DNA of 64,000 nucleotides, taken from Acidobacteriota bacterium (GTDB lineage: Bacteria; Acidobacteriota; UBA6911; RPQK01; CBDAPI01). Location of the stretch: positions 2,660,280 to 2,724,279 of the forward strand of contig OZ240092.1 of the NCBI GenBank assembly GCA_965197285.1, written 5' to 3'. Shown piece after piece: positions 53,884 through 63,458 of the stretch. Under the pieces are notes generated by a model that did no database searches, was not told the DNA's origin, and worked only from the letters and a program-made list of their open reading frames with translations. Position 1 is the stretch's first letter, and the number at the start of each line of letters is the position of its first letter. The translations under genes and the position numbers were made by a program.

Positions 53884-54582
53884 GTGAGTCCTCGCTACAG
53901 GCAGAGGGGCGTCTCTAGATCGGTTCGCTCCCTCGAAGCCACCTCTGCTACTTTTTCTGCTGCGCGCCCCGAGTCTCCCCAACTCGCCTCGCCAGGAAAA
54001 GGGCGCCACCAGACTACCCGGTCACCGGGGTGCACGGCCTGCTCGAACCTCCACGGTCAGACCTGTATCCCTGTGACAGGCACGGTAACCCATCGTCATA
54101 TGAAGCTGAGTACCTATTGGTAACTTGTACGCCCAAACCGCCCTTATAGTTCCCGGGCTTCCATTCCGGATACTCACTTAGACCCTAAAAGTGTGGCGAG
54201 AGTTGAGTGAGGGCTTGAAAAACGTTGCCTAAGTACTGGGTAGGGCGAAGGACCGCAAGATGGCAGCAGGTTGGGTCGGGCAAGTTCGATCCCAGGCTAG
54301 ATTCTTTGTTTTCTTGCCTGCCCGGCCCCAACCTGCAACCGTCAAACAGGCTCTAGTCCCATCCGAGGAGCCGCTTGACAGATTCCGAAGCTGGCTGCCA
54401 GAGAACACCAACTTCTGGCTTTTCCCATTGCAATTCCGGTGCCGACACAATCTCCGATCATGCTAAATCGTTGAAATCAATATAGTTATCTTATTTCCAA
54501 CAGGGAGATGCCGGCTCCGGATCCGGATCGAGCGATCCAAAAAAATGTTCGCAGTCGAGCTTCCCTCCCCTATCTGTTTGTT

Positions 54583-54595
54583 TCTAAACAGTTTA
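54583..54595. promoter_or_regulatory. perfect 13-bp palindrome CTAAACAGTTTAG about 110 bp upstream of xylB (candidate repressor operator)
   Basis: Seen in sequence. A tandem 17-bp direct repeat ccggttcggcaaagcgg x2 (54652-54685) lies further downstream. Confidence 0.3.
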
Positions 54596-54705
54596 GGCAT
54601 TCCAAGAAAATGGATTGCCTGAAGTGGACGGCTGACACTATCATCGCGCCAGCCGGTTCGGCAAAGCGGCCGGTTCGGCAAAGCGGATTGAAGCGAGGGG
54701 TATGA

Positions 54706-56244
54706 ATGTTGTTGCTGGGCATAGACTGCGGGACCCAGGGACTGAAGGTGATTTCCTGGGACAGCGAGGCGAACCGCATCTGCACAGAAAGCCGCTCCTA
54801 CCATCTCATCAAGGGTCTTCCTCCCGGGCACAAGGAACAGCATCCACAAATCTGGATCGAAGCGCTGGAAGAATGCGTAGCCGCGCTCCAGGGGCGGGGT
54901 CTGGATCTCTCCCGGATCGACGGAATCGGCGTGTCGGGGCAGCAGCACGGATTCGTAGCGCTGGACAAAGAGCATGAGGTGATCCGCCCGGCCAAGCTTT
55001 GGAATGACACCAGTACAGCCCCCCAATGCGAGCAGATCATGGCCGCGGCCGGGGGCTCGCGGTCCTACCAGGAGGAAATCGGCAATCTCCTGCCTCCCGG
55101 GTACACGGCCTCGAAGATACTCTGGCTGAAACAGACGGAACCCGGGAACTACCGCCAACTTCGTCACGTCCTGCTGCCCCACGACTACTTAAACTTCTTT
55201 TTGACCGGGGAACTGGTGGCGGAGTGCGGGGATGCATCAGGAACCGGGTACTTCAAGGTGCTCCAGCGCGAGTGGTCTAAGGAAGCTCTCGGCTGGATCG
55301 ACCCCGAGATCGACCTGCCGGCCTGCCTCCCTCGCCTGGTGGACTCTCATCGCCCCGCCGGCGGCCTGCGTCCCCAACTGGCTCAAAAGTGGGGAGTCTC
55401 TCCCAAAACTCTGGTCAGCTCCGGCGGCGGCGACAATATGATGGGGGCCATCGGATCGGGCAACGTCCGCGAAGGAATCGTGACCGTAAGCCTGGGAACC
55501 TCCGGAACGCTGTTTGCGCATTCCGATACACCGGTAATCGATCCGCAAGGCGAGATAGCGGCTTTTTGCGGAAGTACGGGGGGCTGGCTGCCACTGGGGT
55601 GCACCATGAATGTCACAGTAGCCACCGAGGCCGTGCGTGCCGGCATCCTGAAGTGCTCTTTAGAGCAGTTCGAGAGCCACCTGGTCTCAACGCCACCCGG
55701 GTCGGATGGACTGATTCTGCTTCCCTATCTGGACGGAGAACGCATGCCCAACACCCCCGAGGGTACCGGGACAGCCGTTGGTCTCAGGGGCTCAACCGCC
55801 ACTCCGCGGCATCTGGCCCGGGCAGCGGTCGAAGGTGTCACGTTCGGGCTTCGCTACGGCTTCGATCGGCTTCGAGAGCTGGGCACCGCTGCCGGACAAA
55901 TCTGCCTGATCGGCGGCGGCTCCAGGAGTGCGGCCTGGCGTCAGATTGTGGCTGACGTCTTTGCCACAACGGTGGTGGCTCCGGTGGTTGAGGAAGGACC
56001 CGCCTTTGGAGCGGCTCTGCAGGCCGGGTGGTGTCTCGGCGGTGGCTCGATCCAGGATCTCGTCAGCGACTTCTGCCAGCTGGATCCCGACAAGGAATGC
56101 CAGCCGAACCCGGAGAACCGCGAGAAATACGAGGAGACTTACCAGTTGTACTGTCGGCTCAGCGACGAGCTTCGCCGCTCGTCGCTTTTCCCGGCTCACC
56201 GGAAACTGATCAGCAACCCCGGCTCACTTTCGCAGGTGCCATAA
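54706..56244 (+). CDS. xylB: xylulokinase (FGGY family)
   Basis: N-terminal [14 protein letters not shown] and full FGGY N and C domains. Sits immediately upstream of xylA. Confidence 0.8.
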   Translation: MLLLGIDCGTQGLKVISWDSEANRICTESRSYHLIKGLPPGHKEQHPQIWIEALEECVAALQGRGLDLSRIDGIGVSGQQHGFVALDKEHEVIRPAKLWNDTSTAPQCEQIMAAAGGSRSYQEEIGNLLPPGYTASKILWLKQTEPGNYRQLRHVLLPHDYLNFFLTGELVAECGDASGTGYFKVLQREWSKEALGWIDPEIDLPACLPRLVDSHRPAGGLRPQLAQKWGVSPKTLVSSGGGDNMMGAIGSGNVREGIVTVSLGTSGTLFAHSDTPVIDPQGEIAAFCGSTGGWLPLGCTMNVTVATEAVRAGILKCSLEQFESHLVSTPPGSDGLILLPYLDGERMPNTPEGTGTAVGLRGSTATPRHLARAAVEGVTFGLRYGFDRLRELGTAAGQICLIGGGSRSAAWRQIVADVFATTVVAPVVEEGPAFGAALQAGWCLGGGSIQDLVSDFCQLDPDKECQPNPENREKYEETYQLYCRLSDELRRSSLFPAHRKLISNPGSLSQVP

Positions 56245-56267
56245 CGTTTCTTTTTTCTGGAGCACTC

Positions 56268-57425
56268 ATGTACCAACCCCGCAAGACAGATCGTTTTACC
56301 TTTGGCCTTTGGACCGTCGGCAACCCTGGAAGGGATCCTTTCGGGGAGCCGGTCCGCCCCCCCCTTGCCCCGGTTCGGATCGTCCAGAAGCTGAGCGAAC
56401 TGGGTGCCTGGGGCGTCAACTTCCATGACAACGACCTGGTACCGATCGACGCCACTCCGGAGCAGGCGAAGCAAATTGTCTCGGATTTCAAGCAGGCCCT
56501 CGGGGACTACGACATGTGTGTTCCCATGGCCACCACAAATTTATTCACGGATCCGGTTTTCCGCGATGGAGCCTTCACCTCGAGTGATGCGCGAGTCCGC
56601 TCCTACGCCCTGCAGAAAACGATGCGCGCCATTGACCTGGGAACACAGCTGGGCGCCGGTACTTATGTCTTCTGGGGAGGCCGGGAGGGGAGCGAGGTCG
56701 ATGCGGCCAAAGATCCTGCCGAAGCCCTGAAATGGTTCCGCGAGAGCCTGAACTTCCTGCTCGCTTATGTGAAGGACAACGGCTACGACTTGAAATTCGC
56801 CCTGGAAGCGAAGCCCAATGAGCCCAGGGGAGACATTTATCTTCCCACTACGGGAGCCATGCTCGGCTTCATTGCCACCCTGGACGATCCTTCCAGGGTG
56901 GGGGTCAACCCCGAAGTGGCACACGAACAGATGGCAGGACTGAACTTCTACCACGCCGTGGCGCAGGCCTGGGAGAGCGGGAAGCTGTTTCACATTGACC
57001 TCAACGATCAGAAGCCGGGACGCTTTGACCAGGATCTCCGCTTCGGGTCTGAGAACATCAAATCGGCTTTTTTCCTGGTGAGATTCCTGGAAAAAGTGGG
57101 CTATCGGGGGCCTCGTCACTTCGACGCCCACGCCTTGAGAACCGAGGACCCGGAAGGGGTCTGGGACTTCGCCGCCGGATGTATGCGCACCTATCTGATC
57201 CTGAAGGAAAAGGCCAGACAGTTCGAGCAGAACGCTGAAATTCGGGAGTTGGTCGCCGGCCTGAAAGGAGAAGAGAGTGACCTCTGGAACGAACAGATCC
57301 CCTACTCTTCCGAGAACGCCCGCCGCATTCTCAACACCGACTGGGACCGCAGAGCCCTGGCCAATCGGCCCCTGGCCTGCGAACGGATCGATCAGCTGAC
57401 CGTGGAACTGCTGCTGGGGGTCTAG
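56268..57425 (+). CDS. xylA: xylose isomerase (short actinobacterial-type, about 385 aa)
   Basis: [27 protein letters not shown]-terminus, conserved FHDNDL and WGGREG motifs. The ORF track extends upstream to 56028. Confidence 0.9.
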   Translation: MYQPRKTDRFTFGLWTVGNPGRDPFGEPVRPPLAPVRIVQKLSELGAWGVNFHDNDLVPIDATPEQAKQIVSDFKQALGDYDMCVPMATTNLFTDPVFRDGAFTSSDARVRSYALQKTMRAIDLGTQLGAGTYVFWGGREGSEVDAAKDPAEALKWFRESLNFLLAYVKDNGYDLKFALEAKPNEPRGDIYLPTTGAMLGFIATLDDPSRVGVNPEVAHEQMAGLNFYHAVAQAWESGKLFHIDLNDQKPGRFDQDLRFGSENIKSAFFLVRFLEKVGYRGPRHFDAHALRTEDPEGVWDFAAGCMRTYLILKEKARQFEQNAEIRELVAGLKGEESDLWNEQIPYSSENARRILNTDWDRRALANRPLACERIDQLTVELLLGV

Positions 57426-57644
57426 GCGGAATTCCAGATATTCCAAATTATTCGCTTCGCTCATTGTGTGTCAGCGACGCGGTCAACTGGGTCTTTACGT
57501 CAAGATGCACTAACCCGGATTATGCATGAGATCTGAATCCGAGTGAGATTTGGGCCCAGAAAAAAGGTAAATATTCGGTAAACCCATCCCTCCGCTGACA
57601 CCATCAGATTTTGCTGGACACAGGACTTTCAATCGTGTATATAG

Positions 57645-59282
57645 GTGGACATGGGAGCCGCCCTAGGTCAGGGGGAGCAAGGCGTAGAGAATCGGGAGTC
57701 CCGGCAGCGGGCGTCGACAGCCGGCGTTCAGATCCGGGTGGATAAGGAGGAGTACATCAGCTTGCGTTGGGCTGCGGCGTACTGGAAGGCCCGGCACGGG
57801 GAAGCGGTCCGACGGAGAACCGATCTCAAGAGCGAAAACGAAGAGCTACGGGCACGCATTCGAGAGTTGGAAGGCTGTCTGTACGGTCGTCGTAGCGAGC
57901 GTTTGGTCTGCGAGGGCAAGAGCCCATCCCGGAGCCAGGTCTCAGCGCGCCCTCGCGGACAGCAGCCGGGGACGCGGGGACATGGTCGAAGCAGTCTGGA
58001 TGGGCTGGAAGCCCGGGAGGAAGTGGCTGATCTGCCCGCAGAGCAGCGGAAGTGTCCCCGCTGCGGACGGCGCCTGGATCCGTTTCCTGGTACCGATGAG
58101 GCCCAGGTGGTAGAGATCGAGACGCGGGTCTGGCGTCGGGTGATCAGACGCAGGCGATACCATCCAAGCTGTGCTTGTGGGGTCCTGCCCGGCATCGTGA
58201 CGGCGCCGTCACCAGGCCGTTTGATCCCGCGCGGCAAGCTGGGCATCTCGGTGTGGGTGAGGGTGATCTTGGACAAGTATCTTTATGCGCGTCCCAGCAA
58301 CCGACTGCTGCAAGAACTGGCCGACCAAGGAGTGAGGCTGTCGGCTGGGACGATCGCGGGAGGGCTGAGGAAACTGCTCCCGCTGTTGGAGCCGGTCCGG
58401 GAGGCCATCCGTGTCAGGCAGTTGAGCGAGGATCGTTGGCAGGCTGACGAGACCGGCTGGCGGGTGTTCGAGGAGGTGGAGGGCAAGATAGGTCACGGCT
58501 GGCATCTGTGGGTGTTCCGATCCCCTTCGACGGTAGTGTTCACGCTGTCTCCCAGCCGCTCGGCCCAGGTGCCGGAGGCGCACTTCGGAGGCACTGCGGC
58601 CGGCATTCTGCTGAGCGACCGCTACGTTGTGTACAAGAAGTTGGCCAGACAATGGGAGGGTCTGGAGTTGGCCTTTTGCTGGGCCCACGTGCGACGCGAC
58701 TTTTTTTCCCTGGCCAAGTCCTGGCCCGAGTTGGAGGGGTGGGCGATGAGTTGGGTGGAGGGGATCGGAGGCCTGTTCGATCTGAATCGGTGTCGCGTGC
58801 AGGCCCGAGAACAGCCTGCCGGCTTTGCCGCCCGGGATCGGGAACTGCGGGGGGCGGTGCTGGGACTGGAGAGGCAGCGCGATGCGGAGTTGCAGAGCCG
58901 GGTCCTGCATGGGGCCTGCAGGAAGGTGCTGCGCCGATTGGAGCGACACTGGGAAGGGTTGACCGTCTTTTTGGATCACCCCGAGGTGGCCATGGACAAC
59001 AACGCTTCAGAGCGCGCTTTGCGAGGCCCGGTGGTGGGTCGCAAGAACTACTACGGCTCAGGCAGTCGGTCTAGCGCCCGTCTGGCCGCGGTTGTGTTCA
59101 CGATTCTGCAAACCTTGCAGCTGTGGGAGATCAATCCGCAACGCTGGTTGAGTTGCTATCTGCAGTGCTGCGCCGAATCGGGCAACCGGGCGCCGCCCCA
59201 ACTGACGAGATTCCTGCCCTGGGAAATGGACCCCGACCGAAGAGCGGCCTGGGGTCGACCCGGTGGTCGGGAGGCGGCATGA
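57645..59282 (+). CDS. IS66 family transposase TnpC
   Basis: Leucine zipper, Zn-finger CPRCGRRL, DETGWRV, CWAHVRRDF and DNNASERALRG motifs. Confidence 0.85.
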   Translation: MDMGAALGQGEQGVENRESRQRASTAGVQIRVDKEEYISLRWAAAYWKARHGEAVRRRTDLKSENEELRARIRELEGCLYGRRSERLVCEGKSPSRSQVSARPRGQQPGTRGHGRSSLDGLEAREEVADLPAEQRKCPRCGRRLDPFPGTDEAQVVEIETRVWRRVIRRRRYHPSCACGVLPGIVTAPSPGRLIPRGKLGISVWVRVILDKYLYARPSNRLLQELADQGVRLSAGTIAGGLRKLLPLLEPVREAIRVRQLSEDRWQADETGWRVFEEVEGKIGHGWHLWVFRSPSTVVFTLSPSRSAQVPEAHFGGTAAGILLSDRYVVYKKLARQWEGLELAFCWAHVRRDFFSLAKSWPELEGWAMSWVEGIGGLFDLNRCRVQAREQPAGFAARDRELRGAVLGLERQRDAELQSRVLHGACRKVLRRLERHWEGLTVFLDHPEVAMDNNASERALRGPVVGRKNYYGSGSRSSARLAAVVFTILQTLQLWEINPQRWLSCYLQCCAESGNRAPPQLTRFLPWEMDPDRRAAWGRPGGREAA

Positions 59283-60157
59283 AGCGCTACTGTGGCCGCA
59301 ACTTCACGGGTCAGGAGATCGGGCAACTGTGCGACTTGATTGCCGACAACCCAACCCGCACGCGCGCTCAGCTGTCTCGATTGGCGTGCCGATTGCTTGA
59401 GTGGCGCAAAACGGACGGTGGCCTCAAGCAGATGAGCTGCCGGGTGGCCATGCTGCGCATGCATCGCGAGGGGCTGCTGCAACTGCCGCCCCCTCGCAAC
59501 CGCAAAGGAGGCTCGGGCCGAATCGAGCACACTTTCTGCAGCGCCCCGCAGCCGCTGCTGTCCCGGCCGGTGCATGAGCTGGCAGGCCTGCATCTGGAGC
59601 CGGTCCTAAGCCGCCCGGACTCCACTTTGTGGAATGAATATATCGACCGCTACCACTATCTGGGATACAAGCCCCTGCCCGGTGCTCAGCTGCGCTACTT
59701 CGCTTGTTCGGAAAACCGCATCCTGGCTCTGCTCGGCTTTGGCGCCGCCGCCTGGAAAACCGCCGCGCGCGACCGCTTCATCGGCTGGCGTCCTTCGGAA
59801 CGGGAGAGGAACCTGCAGCTGATTGTCAACAACGCCCGTTTCTTAATCCTGCCCTGGGTCGAGTCCAAGAACCTGGCCTCCAAGCTACTGGCCATGGCCG
59901 CCCGTCAACTCCCCGAAGACTGGCACAATCGCTACGCCTACCGACCTGTCTTGCTGGAAACCTTCGTCGACACTCAACGCTTCACAGGTGCCTGCTACAA
60001 GGCTGCCAACTGGATCCATGTCGGCCACACCCAAGGGCGCGGAAAGCTGGATCGTAACCACCAAGCCAATCTACCCACCAAGAGCATCTGGCTCTACCCC
60101 TTACGCAAAGACTTCCGCTGTTCGGTTAAGCAACCGTTTTTCTGTAATTTCCTTTAG
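59281..60157 (+). CDS. uncharacterised passenger protein resembling the DUF4338 family (start overlaps tnpC stop as ATGA; C-terminus altered by the IS256 insertion)
   Basis: Motifs ...YIDRYHYLGYKPLPGAQLRYF...LGFGAAAWKTAARDRFIGW...ANWIHVGHTQGRGKLDR. Family assignment is from memory only. Confidence 0.5.
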
Positions 60158-61343
60158 AGAAGGATTTCTCCACCTGTTTTTTCCAGCCGGCCAGGTTCAG
60201 GTATTGGCGGCCGGTTAACCACTCCTCGTGTATCTCTGCAATCACAGCTGAGATGAGCCGCATCGCTGAGGCTTCGTTGGGAAAGATCCCCACCACCCGG
60301 GTTCGTCTCCGGATCTCCCGGTTCAGTCTCTCCAGTCCGTTGATGGTCCGGATCCTTCGCCACCAGCTCCTCGGAAAATCAAACACCGTGAGCCCTTCAT
60401 CCACGTTTTCTTCGAGCCACGTAACGAACTCTGGCGCAATCTTTTCGAATTTCTTGATCACCTTCCCCTTGAGCTCCTCGGCATCCTCTCGAGACGGCGC
60501 ATTGAAGATGTCGCGCAGGGCCTGTGCAATCCGCTGCCGGTCTTCTTTACGACGGGCATATTGCTGAGCATTCTGGCTCAGATGAAACTGGCAGCGGTTC
60601 CAGGGCACTGACGGATAAACCGCTCGCCTGGCCGCCTTCAATCCCGCATGATCATCGCTGACTAACAGCTCGACTCCTCTCAGCCCCCGCCTGTGCAGAT
60701 CCGCCAGAAACTCTCGCCAATGCACTTCTGCTTCGCTCAGCCTGGCGCTCAGACCCAACACCTCTCGCGTGCCGAAACGGTTGATTCCCATGGCTTTCAG
60801 GATAGCCACGTCCTGTACTCTGCCGCCCTTTCGAACCTTCTCGTAGTGGGCATCTAAGTACACGATCGGATACTCCCCCAGCTCTCGGCTTCGAAACTCC
60901 TCCAGCCCTTCGTCCAACATCCCGGCCACTCTCGAGACCTGGGTGGCCGAGATCTCCAGACCACACAACTGCTCGGTAACCTCGGTAACCTTTCTGGTCG
61001 AGACTCCCATCACGTACATCTCGGCGATGGCCAGTTTCAATGCCTTCTCCGAACGGCAGCCTCGCTCCAGCGACTTCGGATAAAAACTCAACCCTCGAAC
61101 CTGGGGAATTTCCAACCGCAGCTCTCCAACCCGGGTCTGTATCCGCTTGCCTTTGAATCCGTTCCGATACCCTCGTCGGTTCTCCGTCCTCTCGTAGGCT
61201 TCCGCTCCCAAGAACTCGCTTCTTTCCAACTGCATGGCCACGTTGAACAGCTTCTCCAAGATCCCTCGAAAGGCTTCTGTTCCTTCCTCGATCAACTCCT
61301 CCAGAATCTCTCGTGGTACTCTCTTTTCCAGGTCTGGGTTCAT
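60126..61343 (-). CDS. IS256 family (mutator-type) transposase
   Basis: MNPDLEKRVPREILEELIEEGTEAFRGILEKLFNVAMQLERSEFLGAEAYERTENRRGYRNG is the canonical IS256 transposase N-terminus, followed by a DDE region. Confidence 0.85.
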   Translation of the reverse strand: MNPDLEKRVPREILEELIEEGTEAFRGILEKLFNVAMQLERSEFLGAEAYERTENRRGYRNGFKGKRIQTRVGELRLEIPQVRGLSFYPKSLERGCRSEKALKLAIAEMYVMGVSTRKVTEVTEQLCGLEISATQVSRVAGMLDEGLEEFRSRELGEYPIVYLDAHYEKVRKGGRVQDVAILKAMGINRFGTREVLGLSARLSEAEVHWREFLADLHRRGLRGVELLVSDDHAGLKAARRAVYPSVPWNRCQFHLSQNAQQYARRKEDRQRIAQALRDIFNAPSREDAEELKGKVIKKFEKIAPEFVTWLEENVDEGLTVFDFPRSWWRRIRTINGLERLNREIRRRTRVVGIFPNEASAMRLISAVIAEIHEEWLTGRQYLNLAGWKKQVEKSFSKGNYRKTVA

Positions 61344-61445
61344 GGATTCTCCTTTCCAGATTTGCGTTTCTGTTTTTGGAGAAATCCTGTCCCAGACCTC
61401 TGTCTTTTCGACTTAGGCCTGACCAGAATTTACAGAAAAAAAGTT
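60140..61445 (-). mobile_element. IS256-family insertion sequence, copy 2 (boundaries approximate)
   Basis: Imperfect terminal inverted repeats sharing the core TTTTTCTGTAA at about 60143 and 61425-61447. About 100 nt leader before the transposase start. Confidence 0.5.
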
Positions 61446-61600
61446 ACACTACTCTGTTCCCTGCGCTCAACTTGAGTTTCCCTGTAACCCAACGCTCGAG
61501 ATTACGCTTACGGGTTTACCGAATATTTACGAAAAAAGGCCGTAGCTCTCTGATATAAAAGGGTTTACATAAACAACGACCCTAAACAGGAGCTACGGCA

Positions 61601-62938
61601 ATGTTGAAAGCAGTCTGCCAGAATACCCTGCTATTTCACAGCCACCGAAAGATCACGGCGCGTTTTGATGGGGGGAGTCTGACTTCCGACGCAGGACGGT
61701 TGTTGTTTGGATCGCTGGATCGGCAACATCGGTTGTGCGAGGGCTTCAGTTCGTGTATTTCGGAAAGCCGGGACCGACGCTACGTTCGTCATGACCTGTT
61801 GAAGTTGATTCGACAACGAGTCTTGCAGATCGTGGCCGGCTACGAAGACTGTAATGACGCCGATACGCTGCGCTCCGATCCGATGCTCAAGACAGTCTGT
61901 GATCAGTTGCCCGAGAGCGATCCCGATTTGGCCACCCAGCCGACTTTCTCCCGTTTGGAGAACTCCGTCACCAAGAAGGATCTGATGCGTCTGAGCCAGT
62001 GGCTGCTAGGCCGTTATGTGCGCTCCCTGAAGAAGAGACGTCCCAGCAAGATCATCCTGGATCTGGACAGTACCGACGACCACACTCACGGTCAGCAGGA
62101 GTTCTCCTTCTACCATGGGTATTACCGAAACCACATTCTGCATCCTTTGCTGATCTTCGATGCCGACACGGGCGACCTGGTGTGTGTCGTGTTGAGACCT
62201 GGCAACAAGGGGGCTGCCTCTCACATCGTGCCCATTCTGAAGCGAGTCGTGGAGGCCATCCGACAAGGAGTGGGGACGGATGTCGAGATTGAGATTCGGG
62301 CCGACAGCGGCTTTGCCACGCCTCGGCTCTACGAGTTCTGTGAAGGTGAAGAGAATCAACTCCAATATGTCATTGGGTTAAGTCGAAACCCTCGCCTGCA
62401 GCGAGTGGTCGAGCCGCTGCTGGATTCGACTCGGCTGCAGTTCGTTGAGCTGGAGGAAAAACAGCGTCAGTTTGACGAGTTTCTTTATCGAGCCCACAGC
62501 TGGGATCGATCCCGTCGCGTCATTGTCAAAGTGGAGGTCGATCAGCGCGGGATCAATCGTCGCTTTGTGGTCACCAACCGGGACGATCTCTGCTCCCAAT
62601 CACTTTATGACCACTATACAAACCGAGGGCAGACCGAGAACTTCATCAAGGCCTTCAAGAATCATCTGAGCATGGACCGACTCAGCTGTCATCGATTCCT
62701 GGCCAATCAGTTTCGACTCCTCCTGCATGCACTGGCTTACCAGATGTTCGTGCGCCTCCGCGACTATCTGCACGGGACTCCCTGGCACAAGCTCGAAATC
62801 GAAACCTTACGTCGTCGGGTCCTCAAGATCGGGGCCCGCATCCGACAAACCACTCGACGCATCTGGGTCCATCTTTCCTCAGCCTTTCCCGAACAACCCC
62901 TCTTCCACCTCGTCTTGAGTCGCCTCAACTCCAGCTAG
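61601..62938 (+). CDS. DDE transposase, IS1380-family-like (copy 3; MLKAV start variant)
   Basis: 445 aa, about 97% identical to copies 1 and 2. Confidence 0.75.
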   Translation: MLKAVCQNTLLFHSHRKITARFDGGSLTSDAGRLLFGSLDRQHRLCEGFSSCISESRDRRYVRHDLLKLIRQRVLQIVAGYEDCNDADTLRSDPMLKTVCDQLPESDPDLATQPTFSRLENSVTKKDLMRLSQWLLGRYVRSLKKRRPSKIILDLDSTDDHTHGQQEFSFYHGYYRNHILHPLLIFDADTGDLVCVVLRPGNKGAASHIVPILKRVVEAIRQGVGTDVEIEIRADSGFATPRLYEFCEGEENQLQYVIGLSRNPRLQRVVEPLLDSTRLQFVELEEKQRQFDEFLYRAHSWDRSRRVIVKVEVDQRGINRRFVVTNRDDLCSQSLYDHYTNRGQTENFIKAFKNHLSMDRLSCHRFLANQFRLLLHALAYQMFVRLRDYLHGTPWHKLEIETLRRRVLKIGARIRQTTRRIWVHLSSAFPEQPLFHLVLSRLNSS

Positions 62939-63199
62939 CTTCTCCCAGTTCCCCAAAAAACCGCTTCCGATACTCATCCAGGCCCAGATCTGTCTGAAAT
63001 TCACTCCCCCAACCACTCAAACGCCTCCCCAACCGATATTCTTCGCAAATCCGCCTGTCACACCTGCCCGCTTCCGAGTTGGGCCACTTCTCGACTCGTT
63101 TTTCAACACCGGACTACGGTTTTTGCATAATCCGGGCTAACGAGCCGTCGACAGTATCCCCAATTCCAAAGTTGTTGCCGGTTTTCAAACTGCCGAGTA

Positions 63200-63272
63200 G
63201 AGAGTGGGAGGGGGCTCAGGGCAGCGCGACGTTTAAATTCCCGAGCGCGGCCCTGAGCCCCCTCCCACTCTC
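63200..63272. repeat. 23-bp perfect inverted repeat (GAGAGTGGGAGGGGGCTCAGGGC ... GCCCTGAGCCCCCTCCCACTCTC) with a 27-nt loop
   Basis: Seen directly. Lies between the IS1380 copy 3 right end and the convergent GTPase gene. No T-tract follows. Confidence 0.45.
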
Positions 63273-63437
63273 GCCTCCCCCAGCAGCTTCCGCGCTGCGG
63301 CGCAGTCACTGTCGTTCCTGCCTCTGTAGTTCCCTTGACAGCCGGCTTCCCTTGCGGCTGGCGGGCCGGTCCCGGAGAGGTGCAGCCGCCGGACGGGCTG
63401 AGGCGCGAATGCAACGAGCGCGCAATTTTTGGAATTG

Positions 63438-63458
63438 GGAATCTGGAATTTGGAATCT
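63438..63458. repeat. short repeat motif ctggaatttggaatcta (copy 2 of 2), within a ggaat-rich tract
   Basis: Identical 17-mer to 1962-1978. Abuts the stop of the minus-strand GTPase gene. Confidence 0.4.

Larger units (their letters stand above)
57567..61530 (+). mobile_element. IS66-family-like element (tnpC-only plus passenger gene), itself carrying an IS256-like insertion
   Basis: 18-bp perfect inverted repeats GTAAATATTCGGTAAACC. 8-bp target duplication GAAAAAAG on both sides. The uninterrupted target cccaGAAAAAAGgccgtagc is present in copy 1. Confidence 0.75.
57514..63136 (+). mobile_element. IS1380-like insertion sequence, copy 3, interrupted 54 bp from its left end by an IS66-like element. 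CTAA target duplication
   Basis: Left fragment 57514-57566 and remainder 61531-63136. CTAA at 57510-57513 and 63137-63140, differing from the CTAG of copies 1 and 2. Confidence 0.75.

Noticed and set aside
54230-54305. tRNA-like T-loop motif (aagttcgatcc)
   Set aside because: No acceptor stem, D-arm or anticodon arm could be built around it. No 3' CCA context.
54390-54440. sigma-54-like TGGC...TTGCA element upstream of xylB
   Set aside because: GG-to-GC spacing is 11 instead of 10 nt. Not convincing.
46786-57513. Composite-transposon reading of IS1380 copies 2 and 3 (inverted pair bracketing the TPR, folA-thyA and xylBA genes)
   Set aside because: Each copy has its own matching 4-bp duplication (CTAG/CTAG and CTAA/CTAA). 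This indicates independent simple insertions, not a mobilised composite unit.
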